Part shown: positions 56,533-64,000 of the stretch, piece by piece | Numbering within the stretch: position 1 is the stretch's first letter | Layout of the letters: each line of letters begins with the position of its first letter | Assembly (NCBI GenBank): GCA_965223795.1 | Contig: CBDCXL010000002.1 | Coordinates: forward strand, 544,001 to 608,000 | Direction: 5' to 3' | DNA: 64,000 nucleotides | From: Nitrospinales bacterium | Lineage (GTDB): Bacteria; Nitrospinota; Nitrospinia; Nitrospinales; VA-1 | The notes under the pieces: generated by a model | The model's input: the letters and a program-made list of their open reading frames with translations, nothing else | Database searches by the model: none | What the model was told of the DNA's origin: nothing | Translations under genes and position numbers: made by a program

Positions 56533-58233
56533 TCAGGATCGGCACTGCTCTCCGGGATTGTTCAGATAGGCCCAAAGGTCGGTCCCCGGCATCAGCACGC
56601 CTTTTTTGATCAGCCCCTGATTGACGGTCTCGCCGTGGTCCATGAGGAACCAGAACTTGAGCAGGATTTTCTCCTCGGGCGTGGTGTGGGGGTCTTCCCA
56701 GTTCGGCACGGAGCGGTGACTGGCGTGCGCATCCAACAGTTCCTGAGGGATCGTGAGCCGTTTCTTTTTGATGAAGGCGTGATAGCCCTCGATGAGGATG
56801 GGTTTGAAGTCTTTGCGGCTGATTTTGATCAGCTCGGACACGCTGGGAACGCCTTCGGCGTGGAACTCGAAAAATTTGAGCTTGTAGTACTGGTGGATGG
56901 TCTCCAGCCGGAAATAGCAGTGCAGGTCCACCACATCCGGACCGTACAGGCGGATCAGGTAGTCGCGGATCAGGGATTTGCCGACCTTGAGCAGCAGTTT
57001 GTTGAGGCGGCCGCGCTCGAAGAGATGGATACGCACGGTGCTCAGGTGCTTCAGGCACTGGGCCTCGATGTCTTTGCGGATTTTTTCGGACTGGGCCGGG
57101 ATGCGGTACCAGTAGATCTCTTCCCGCGCCACGTTGAGAGCGGAATTGAACGCTTCGTAAATCTGCTGATTGTTGGACCGCTTGGCCTGACGCGCGATCT
57201 TATAGGAGCTTTCTTTTGTGAAACCCAGCTCAATCAATTGATCCTGAAACTCCTTGCGGCTGCCCATGAGAAAGCCGCCGCGTTCTTTGATGTGGTCTTT
57301 GGCTTTTTGCACTCCCCGCAGCGCCAGGCTCACGTCGCGGGGAATCAGCTTCAAATCGTAACTTCGGGCGAATTTGTGGATCTCTTCCAGAGTCTTGAAA
57401 TTGAGCTTGTCGATGTATAAGAACTTTTGAATGCTTTGCTCGGTGAAACCGCATTCCTCAAAAATCCGGATCTTCTTGTACTTGACTTCCTCCCAGTACT
57501 TGCGCGTGCCCTCTTTCTTCCTGAACTGGGCCTGGATTTCGGACTTGGCCTTGAAAAAATAGCTGCGCAGCAGATACCATTTGATTTTCAAGGTGGACTC
57601 GATGATCCACCGGTATTTGGGGGTGAGGATGTTGAGCTTGGGATCTTCGAGAAGCTCCATCTCCTCGGTCTCCAGGATGTACTCCAGAAGCTCCAGATGC
57701 CTTTCGAGCAGGATGGGATTGATCTGCTCGATGAATTTCCGGTAGATGGTTTTCCAGCGGAAAGGTTCAAACTGGGTAGCCGGTTCGCCGCCTTCGGCTG
57801 CATCCTGAATCCGGCTTTTGATTTTCTGCACGCCCACTTGCTCGATCTTTTCGAACAATTCGTCGCGGGCGACGATATCACGGATTTTCAGCTGTTTCAG
57901 ACGGCTGATGACGTCGGGGATGCGTTCGTTTAAGGCCTCATCGATTTCCCTGTAGGTCTGGATGGGAAGGAAATACAGCTCTTCGAGCAAGCCATTGACG
58001 TTTTCCAGGGAAACGTCCGTCTTTTTCGCGAGCTGGCGGTAGAGATCGAAATCGAGGATCTTGTCGCCGGTCTGGCAGGCGCGGATGTCCTTCAGGAAGC
58101 TTCTGGCTTTTTTCAGCTCCTCTCTTTGGGCATAGGGATCGTTGATGATCCTCAAAAAGAGATATTCCGCCCTTTGCAGATCCCTTTGAGCAAGGAGTTC
58201 CAGTCCCTGCGTCATGGGGTCGAATACGAACAT
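56533..58233 (-). CDS. Large conserved-looking hypothetical protein (566 aa, helical, basic)
   Basis: GGGAGG RBS before ATG 58233; long open frame with coding-like codon usage; no recognised motif. Confidence 0.8.
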   Translation of the reverse strand: MFVFDPMTQGLELLAQRDLQRAEYLFLRIINDPYAQREELKKARSFLKDIRACQTGDKILDFDLYRQLAKKTDVSLENVNGLLEELYFLPIQTYREIDEALNERIPDVISRLKQLKIRDIVARDELFEKIEQVGVQKIKSRIQDAAEGGEPATQFEPFRWKTIYRKFIEQINPILLERHLELLEYILETEEMELLEDPKLNILTPKYRWIIESTLKIKWYLLRSYFFKAKSEIQAQFRKKEGTRKYWEEVKYKKIRIFEECGFTEQSIQKFLYIDKLNFKTLEEIHKFARSYDLKLIPRDVSLALRGVQKAKDHIKERGGFLMGSRKEFQDQLIELGFTKESSYKIARQAKRSNNQQIYEAFNSALNVAREEIYWYRIPAQSEKIRKDIEAQCLKHLSTVRIHLFERGRLNKLLLKVGKSLIRDYLIRLYGPDVVDLHCYFRLETIHQYYKLKFFEFHAEGVPSVSELIKISRKDFKPILIEGYHAFIKKKRLTIPQELLDAHASHRSVPNWEDPHTTPEEKILLKFWFLMDHGETVNQGLIKKGVLMPGTDLWAYLNNPGEQCRS

Positions 58234-58480
58234 GTTCTTCCTCCCGCACTCAATCCGGGCTGTTCCGGTCAAGTCTGGGTCTAAGGGTCTTCTCCCCGGC
58301 CGACGAGGCGGCCCAAGCAATTTACTGATAGGCTGACAGCAGCGTGAAACCAACGGGCAGGATTATCAATAAATTAAGATTTGCTCTTTTTTTTAGATGC
58401 GTGATTTTTGAGCCGGGTTTTTAATAATGACTCAAAAATCTCATAATTTTTCCGGGGAGATGGGGCGGGAGGGGGCAGGC

Positions 58481-58525
58481 AAAAAAAACCGGGACGGCCT
58501 GCAAAGCAGACCGCCCCGGATTTTT
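58481..58525 (-). terminator. Intrinsic terminator of the nxr operon
   Basis: CCGGGGCGGTCTGC-TTT-GCAGGCCGTCCCGG then T8 on the minus strand. Confidence 0.8.
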
Positions 58526-58554
58526 AAAACTCAATCGGTCACAAGGAAAAAAGC

Positions 58555-59556
58555 TCAGTACTGCAGCTCATGCCACTGGGTGACGCCTTTCTGACCGTTT
58601 CTTTCTTTGTTCTGACCGTTCCAGATCGCGAATGCGATCGGGGTTTTGCCACTCGAAAACTGAGTGTCGTTCTGGTCATCGGTTTTGAGAGCGCGTTTGT
58701 AGACTACGCCCCAGCGGTCATTGCTCCAGTTGCCTTCACCGTCCACATCCTGATTCGCCTGAGTGGTCAGCGTGCTGAACCCTTCGGCATTCAGGTCTTC
58801 AACAGGCGATACGCGCATGGATGCTTCGGAGAGGATGTTACCGGTAGCACGACCGGGATTGAACACGCCCTCGTCTTTACCCATGCCGAAATCGACGTAG
58901 GTGCTGCGCTTGGAGATGTCGCTGGCTCCGCCGGACTCGATGCCGGCCGCGTTCCGCTTGGACTTGCTGCCGGAAGCGTGCTGGGTGTCGAGACCTTTGA
59001 GTGCACCATCAGGCTCATACATGTAGTAACTGCCGGAACCCATGGCCATGTACTTGTACTGATCTTCCATGTCCAGCATTCCCTTGTTACCGGTTTTCCC
59101 TGCGCCTTCTTTATTCCAGGTCGCTTTCCACTGCCAGATGTTGACCCGCTCGCCGTCACCACCCATGGTGAACGGAGGCTCTTCACCGGTCTGGTTCACA
59201 GGAAACATGATCGCACCCTGGTCCCTGTACTGCTGGGACTGCACCATGATGTCGTTTCTTGTGGGATCGGTCCAGGAAACCCGGATTGCGATTTCCTTGC
59301 CATTGGTGGCGGCTTTCACATTGACCCACTTGGTCGCGGGATTCGGCCACATGGGATTGGTGATCATCTGCGGATCCAGATCGATGACCACGTGTTTGCC
59401 CTTGGTGGGACCGTAATTGGACCAGAAAGGATCGGTCGGATCAATGGGGATTTCGCCCTGAACTTTCAATGCCTTGATCGTGGCCGCGCCAGCGCTGGAC
59501 GCAAACAGACCGAGCATCAAAGCTGAAATTAAAATGAGTAGATACGTCTTCTTCAC
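58555..59556 (-). CDS. nxrC: Nitrite oxidoreductase gamma subunit candidate (EbdC/DdhC-like soluble heme-b protein)
   Basis: Sec signal; PFTMGG...VNIWQWKA, DLNAEGFSTLT, AFAIWNG..ERNGQK (Met/Lys heme ligands as in EbdC); in the nxr operon. Confidence 0.85.
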   Translation of the reverse strand: MKKTYLLILISALMLGLFASSAGAATIKALKVQGEIPIDPTDPFWSNYGPTKGKHVVIDLDPQMITNPMWPNPATKWVNVKAATNGKEIAIRVSWTDPTRNDIMVQSQQYRDQGAIMFPVNQTGEEPPFTMGGDGERVNIWQWKATWNKEGAGKTGNKGMLDMEDQYKYMAMGSGSYYMYEPDGALKGLDTQHASGSKSKRNAAGIESGGASDISKRSTYVDFGMGKDEGVFNPGRATGNILSEASMRVSPVEDLNAEGFSTLTTQANQDVDGEGNWSNDRWGVVYKRALKTDDQNDTQFSSGKTPIAFAIWNGQNKERNGQKGVTQWHELQY

Positions 59557-59611
59557 AGTATTCTCTCCTCGTTAGCAAACAGATTAATCAAGTCAATCGA
59601 GGAAAAGCCCG

Positions 59612-60430
59612 CTAACGGGGTTCGCATTCCGCAGGAGCATTTGCAATCAGATCGTTTTCCATACTGTAGGACAAAGAACGGAATTCCGGTTCTTCCACCT
59701 TGATCGGCTGGATGTCCAGAAGCGTGTTTTCGTTCCTGAGAAAAATCGACAGGATATCGACGATGTCCTTGTACAGTCCGCGTTCCGCCTTGCGGGACGT
59801 GAAGATGCAAAACAAAGGAGCCCAGCGTCCAACATGGTTGCGCATGAATTTCTTCATGCTGCTGAGCAGGACTCCGATCTTTCGCTCGTCATGACCGTTC
59901 TGGATTCCATATGCAGTCCTGAAGCACATGTAATACATGAAGGCCAGTTCAATCGAAATATGGTCCAGGCGTTCCTTCGAACGTTTCCTCGGCAATTCGA
60001 AACCGAAGGTTTCAAAAAAGCCGCCCAGCTGGATCAATACGTCCGTCTGGGACTGGATCCCGCCTTCCGTACCATACTGCATTTCGTATGGAGGACACTC
60101 CATAGAAACCGCATGCCCGAAAACGTGGATGTACTCTTTCTGCACCTGCTGGACGGTCATTTTCGGCAGGTATTTGCTGAATCCGCTCACAATGGATTCA
60201 ACCTGCTTCCAATCGTCCTCGTCCACAAGGGCGATATCCATGGGTTCGAGTAAAGATTTGGGACGGAAAAACTTGCGATTCCAGGGATAACTCAAGGCAC
60301 GTGAAAGAATATCGTATATCCGTCCTCGCGCGAGGTTTAGGGATATTCTCTGTTCTTTCAGTTCTTCAAGAGTGCCGGTTTCCCCAAGTTTCGCCAACAT
60401 GGGATCCGATGCTTGAGTCACGTTCGCCAT
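59612..60430 (-). CDS. TorD/DmsD/NarJ-family molybdoenzyme maturation chaperone
   Basis: CPPYE, ERLDHISIELAFM, F..NHVGRW motifs; between nxrB and nxrC. Confidence 0.88.
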   Translation of the reverse strand: MANVTQASDPMLAKLGETGTLEELKEQRISLNLARGRIYDILSRALSYPWNRKFFRPKSLLEPMDIALVDEDDWKQVESIVSGFSKYLPKMTVQQVQKEYIHVFGHAVSMECPPYEMQYGTEGGIQSQTDVLIQLGGFFETFGFELPRKRSKERLDHISIELAFMYYMCFRTAYGIQNGHDERKIGVLLSSMKKFMRNHVGRWAPLFCIFTSRKAERGLYKDIVDILSIFLRNENTLLDIQPIKVEEPEFRSLSYSMENDLIANAPAECEPR

Positions 60431-60464
60431 ATTCGATAATCTCCAAAATCCCCGAAGGTTACCC

Positions 60465-60507
60465 GCAATCCGGAGCAGGGAGTGGAATCTCCCTGCCCCG
60501 GCGTTGC
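60465..60507 (-). other. Intergenic stem-loop downstream of nxrB
   Basis: GCAATCCGGAGCAGGGAG-tggaat-CTCCCTGCCCCGGCGTTGC on the plus strand; no U tract. Confidence 0.6.
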
Positions 60508-60566
60508 AGGATGAGCTCTTGCTTCAAGCGAGTCCCGGTTAAGGGCTTTCGCCTTCACTTCACTCC

Positions 60567-61844
60567 TTAGATGGCGCCGACATGCTCCTCGGGCCGGACG
60601 TAGAAAGGCTCTTCAACCGTCACGCGGATGACTTCCTTTCCTTTCCGGTTGAACCCGATGATCGTGTCGTTGTACATCTCAAACTTCTTGCCGTGAATGT
60701 TGGTCTCGAAGATCTTCGGACCCGGCTCACGTTTCCATTTGAAGATGATGCGCTGTGTCGTCCTAAAGAGCTGAAGGACGCCCAGCAGATCCCGGTCCGG
60801 AACCATGTACTGATCGATCGCATGGTCGACGCCCGGTCCGAACATCTGCTGTGAATAGGCCCTGGGAACGTGCCGCGACGGTACGTAGTAACCGTTCGGC
60901 TCGGTGCCCAGCTGCGGATACAGCGGCAGTGCGACTTTGCGGTCCCGGATCATGTAATACTGCGGATTCTCGGGATCGTGCGCCCATTCGCCGTTGCTGC
61001 CTATCTTCACCAGACCCTGAAGGCGAATCTTGCCGACACAGGCGGCCATGCAGCGGGTCTCCATCTGATCGCCTTCCGTCAACGGATCCAGTCCTTCGAT
61101 CCTCGGGTAACAGGCGATGCATTTCTCGGAGATCCGCGTCGTGCCGCGGAACATCGGCTTTTTGTAAGGACACTGCTCAACGCACTTTTTGTAACCACGG
61201 CAGCGCGACTGGTCGATCAGAACGATGCCGTCCTCCTGGCGCTTGTAGATCGCCTTACGGGGACACGCCGCCAGACAGCCCGGATACGTGCAGTGGTTGC
61301 AGATGCGCTGGACATAGAAAAACCAGATTTTGTGCTCGGGCAGCACCGAACGCGTTCCGTTGTCGCCGCCGAAGGTGCCTTCGCGGGACTGCGTGAACTC
61401 GCGGCCGTGAGCGGTGTCTTCGCCGAAGTTCGGGAAGCGCCACTCTTCGTCCGTCGGTACGTAACCGATCGCTTGCTGGTTCAAACCGATCTTGGCAGGC
61501 GCTTCGAAAATCGTCACGCCTTCGTACACGCCGTGGATCGCCTTGTTGGAAGTCTTGCGGACGTTCCACACGTTCTGACCCGGATTGGACTGCTCAAGCA
61601 TCTTCAAGATCTTCCAATCCCAGAACTGCGGGTAACCGCCGTAAGGCTTCGTTTCAACGTTGTTCCACCACATATACTCCTGGCCCTTGGAGAAGGTCCA
61701 GGTGGATTTATGGGCCATCGTACACGTCTGACAAGCAATGCAGCGGTTCGTGTTGAACACGAACGTAAACTGCTCTTTCGGATGCTTCTCTTCGTATACG
61801 TAAGTAGACATCCGGCCCAGTTGCCAGTTATAGACTTCAGGCAT
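60567..61844 (-). CDS. nxrB: Nitrite oxidoreductase beta (Fe-S) subunit
   Basis: MPEVYNWQLGR start, CIACQTC, YMWWNNVETKPYGGYP, CNHCTYPGCLAACP, CRGYKKCVEQCP, CIACYPR...CMAACVG. Confidence 0.97.
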   Translation of the reverse strand: MPEVYNWQLGRMSTYVYEEKHPKEQFTFVFNTNRCIACQTCTMAHKSTWTFSKGQEYMWWNNVETKPYGGYPQFWDWKILKMLEQSNPGQNVWNVRKTSNKAIHGVYEGVTIFEAPAKIGLNQQAIGYVPTDEEWRFPNFGEDTAHGREFTQSREGTFGGDNGTRSVLPEHKIWFFYVQRICNHCTYPGCLAACPRKAIYKRQEDGIVLIDQSRCRGYKKCVEQCPYKKPMFRGTTRISEKCIACYPRIEGLDPLTEGDQMETRCMAACVGKIRLQGLVKIGSNGEWAHDPENPQYYMIRDRKVALPLYPQLGTEPNGYYVPSRHVPRAYSQQMFGPGVDHAIDQYMVPDRDLLGVLQLFRTTQRIIFKWKREPGPKIFETNIHGKKFEMYNDTIIGFNRKGKEVIRVTVEEPFYVRPEEHVGAI

Positions 61845-61896
61845 TATCGTACCTCCTTAGCTTACTGTGTGTTCAGTTCCGTTAAATACCGGATGC

Positions 61897-61924
61897 GGCG
61901 GGCTCCCCACAAGGGAAGCCCGCC
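61897..61924 (-). other. Intergenic stem-loop downstream of nxrA
   Basis: GGCGGGCTCCCC-acaa-GGGAAGCCCGCC on the plus strand; no U tract. Confidence 0.6.
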
Positions 61925-61934
61925 AACACCAGAT

Positions 61935-64000
61935 TTAAATCTTCACGCGGACGTACTGACCTGCAAGGTACATTTCCGCGAATCGGTCTTTCAACGGTGA
62001 CTCCGGGGTGTAACCCGTTCGCACGGGCTCCCACAGTCCTTTACCATGGAGACCACCATCCTCGGCCTTGGAGAATTTAACCAGCGTCTCTTTCGGAACT
62101 GCGTTGATCGCATGGTTATCCGCTTCGTAACCGTGGAGGAACTTCATCTTGGTTTTTGCCTTATGGAACAGACTGTCCGTCTGATGCATGGGCATCAACC
62201 AGGACCGCGTGATGGACTGCTGACCGCCGTACCGGAAGTTGGACTGATACGGAGTGGTCATCGACATGGCGCGGCCGTCGGGGCGTTCTTCATGGGCCTT
62301 GACGGTACGCTCGGTGCCGGTCCACGTGGCGTGTTTCATCATGGTGGTATGGTACGGATATGCCGGGTTGTACTTCGCCCGCAGCATGAGCCGTGCCACT
62401 TTGTACCTCGGATCCGACGGTTTCCAACCCATGTACGGCCGGTCAGCGGGATTCGCGTCGCAGTATACATAGTCACCGTCGTTGATACCCAGGTCTTTAC
62501 ACAGGAACGGGTTCATGTGCACCTGCCACTCACCAACACCCGGAGAACGCTTATCCATGCGGTAAGGATCGCCGAAGTTGTTGTTCCAGATCATATTCCA
62601 GTCCGTGGTGGCCCAGGAAGAATGCGCGGTATGTCTGGATTTCGGAGTGACGCAGTAGAACCGGTACCCCTTCTCCCACAAGAAGTTCTTGGTCGTACGC
62701 ACTGCGGACCAGGGCTTCTTGATGTTACGGACGTGGCGCAGATCCGGATCCTGCTCGTCTTCCGGAATGCCGTAGTCGTCCGGCCGGATGTAGGGGTTGG
62801 TGGACACGATCACGTTCGGCAGATAAGGCGTCGCTTCAGGTCCTTCACGATGGACGATGAAGTTTTCGCCCCACTCGATCGCTTCCGGTTCGTCATTGTA
62901 GAACTGGATGCGGCCGTTCGGAGTGTAGAAAGGCTTCGACTCCGTGAACATCTCCCAGAACGGAGACCGCGGATAGGTCCGGTACAGCATCAAACAACAT
63001 CCCGGCTCACCGTACTTGCCGTTGATGATGTCGTCGATGTTGTAGCCCATACCCGTGGTGGAGGTAGTGAATACCCGGCGAATCATGGCTTTCGTCCGGT
63101 TGGGCGCTTCGCCTTCATATACTTTCATATGATCGGCAAACCGCTTGTCACCGGTGACTTCCGCCAGACGCTTGGAGAATTCACGATGCATCAGGTTGTC
63201 GTCGATGGTGTCGAAGATCGGCTTGATGCCGGTGCCGCCCCAGATCTGATGGAACGGGTTCGAACACGCGGACGTGATCTCGTAAGACTCGAATTCCGCC
63301 CAGGAGTTCGGCGCCAAAACGATGTCCGAGTACTCGCAGGATCCGGTGAACTCGATGTCCTGAGCCACGATCATGTCGACGTTGTTGTTGGTGTTGAACA
63401 CCAGCTCGTAGAACCACTTCGCGTTGTTGATGACGTTGACGTTAACGAACCAAACAAGCTTAGTGGGCGTCGGCATATGGGTGCGGCCGGTGAACACTTT
63501 CCGTCCATACCGCGGGGTATTGACGACCAGCGCTTTATCGCGGTGCGCCCAGTATCCGACTTCCTCACCCTTCAGGTAACCCTTGACGTTCTTCCAGTCG
63601 ATGTTCTTGGCCGGATCGAGAACGGTGTTGAAGGGATCTTCCGCGACCATCGCGGCGAAACCAGGTCCTGACCAGTGGGAACCCTGGTAGTTGCCGGCTT
63701 TGTAGTTGCCCGCCCAGGTGTGGGAACCGGAGCCTTTCGGGCCTACGTTACCGGTCAGCATCAGGGGCACATAAGAAGCCCGGTTGTGCATCGTGGCGTG
63801 GAAGTAATGGTTGATGCCTTCCCCGTAGTGGATCTCAACCGGCTTGATGGTGCCGATGTCGCGGGCAACACGAAGCACGAGATCACGCGGGGCGTGACTG
63901 ATCTGATTGACGGTATCCAGATCGTAGTCTTTCAGATGTACTTTGTACATCTCGTACAGAGGCATGACGGTGATCGTCTTGCCGCTCACGAGCTTGATGT
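61935..64000 (-). CDS. nxrA: Nitrite oxidoreductase alpha (Mo-bis-PGD) subunit; partial, 5' end beyond the window
   Basis: Frame open to the window edge; GEGINHYFH, HTWAGNYKA, TPKSRHTAHSSW, NFRYGGQQSITRSWLMPMHQTDSLFHK; directly upstream of nxrB. Confidence 0.97.
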   Translation of the reverse strand, partial: IKLVSGKTITVMPLYEMYKVHLKDYDLDTVNQISHAPRDLVLRVARDIGTIKPVEIHYGEGINHYFHATMHNRASYVPLMLTGNVGPKGSGSHTWAGNYKAGNYQGSHWSGPGFAAMVAEDPFNTVLDPAKNIDWKNVKGYLKGEEVGYWAHRDKALVVNTPRYGRKVFTGRTHMPTPTKLVWFVNVNVINNAKWFYELVFNTNNNVDMIVAQDIEFTGSCEYSDIVLAPNSWAEFESYEITSACSNPFHQIWGGTGIKPIFDTIDDNLMHREFSKRLAEVTGDKRFADHMKVYEGEAPNRTKAMIRRVFTTSTTGMGYNIDDIINGKYGEPGCCLMLYRTYPRSPFWEMFTESKPFYTPNGRIQFYNDEPEAIEWGENFIVHREGPEATPYLPNVIVSTNPYIRPDDYGIPEDEQDPDLRHVRNIKKPWSAVRTTKNFLWEKGYRFYCVTPKSRHTAHSSWATTDWNMIWNNNFGDPYRMDKRSPGVGEWQVHMNPFLCKDLGINDGDYVYCDANPADRPYMGWKPSDPRYKVARLMLRAKYNPAYPYHTTMMKHATWTGTERTVKAHEERPDGRAMSMTTPYQSNFRYGGQQSITRSWLMPMHQTDSLFHKAKTKMKFLHGYEADNHAINAVPKETLVKFSKAEDGGLHGKGLWEPVRTGYTPESPLKDRFAEMYLAGQYVRVKI

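Noticed and set aside
60870..63671. Plus-strand ORFs 60870-62000 and 62046-63671
   Set aside because: Antisense shadows of nxrB and nxrA

Overview
Chromosomal window from a nitrite-oxidising bacterium, most likely Nitrospina or a close Nitrospinota relative. The assignment is inferred from the periplasmic-type nitrite oxidoreductase operon at the right end (nxrA partial, nxrB, TorD/NarJ-type chaperone, heme-b gamma subunit). In order, the window holds: (1) two near-identical tandem pentaheme c-type cytochromes plus a partial exported, possibly beta-barrel, protein missed by the ORF track; (2) a YkgJ protein and a Zn-dependent dehydrogenase; (3) a ~2 kb AT-rich islet with a duplicated dehydrogenase 3' end, higA, frameshifted higB and two paralogous membrane proteins; (4) an LpoB/COG3014/YcfL lipoprotein trio, 5-oxoprolinase, MBL and HDOD genes; (5) a housekeeping run: rlpA, greA, trmB, an unusual response regulator-LpxC fusion, purN, lolA, rseP, a PEP mutase-nucleotidyltransferase fusion, proS, rimP-nusA-infB-DUF503-rbfA-truB, rpsO-pnp; (6) surE, a peroxiredoxin, a CDF transporter, bioD, and a two-component pair facing a desaturase; (7) an Fe-S carrier cluster (Cys-less Bcp-like protein, grxD, bolA, IscA-type carrier, YgfZ-TPR fusion) next to nxr. 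I saw no rRNA, tRNA, CRISPR array, transposase or integrase. The best candidates for undescribed biology are the REC-AAA-HTH-LpxC fusion, the cytochrome/porin-like locus, the Fe-S cluster beside nxr, the PEP mutase fusion and a family of nested hairpin repeats. All calls are by motif recognition only; no database searches were run.
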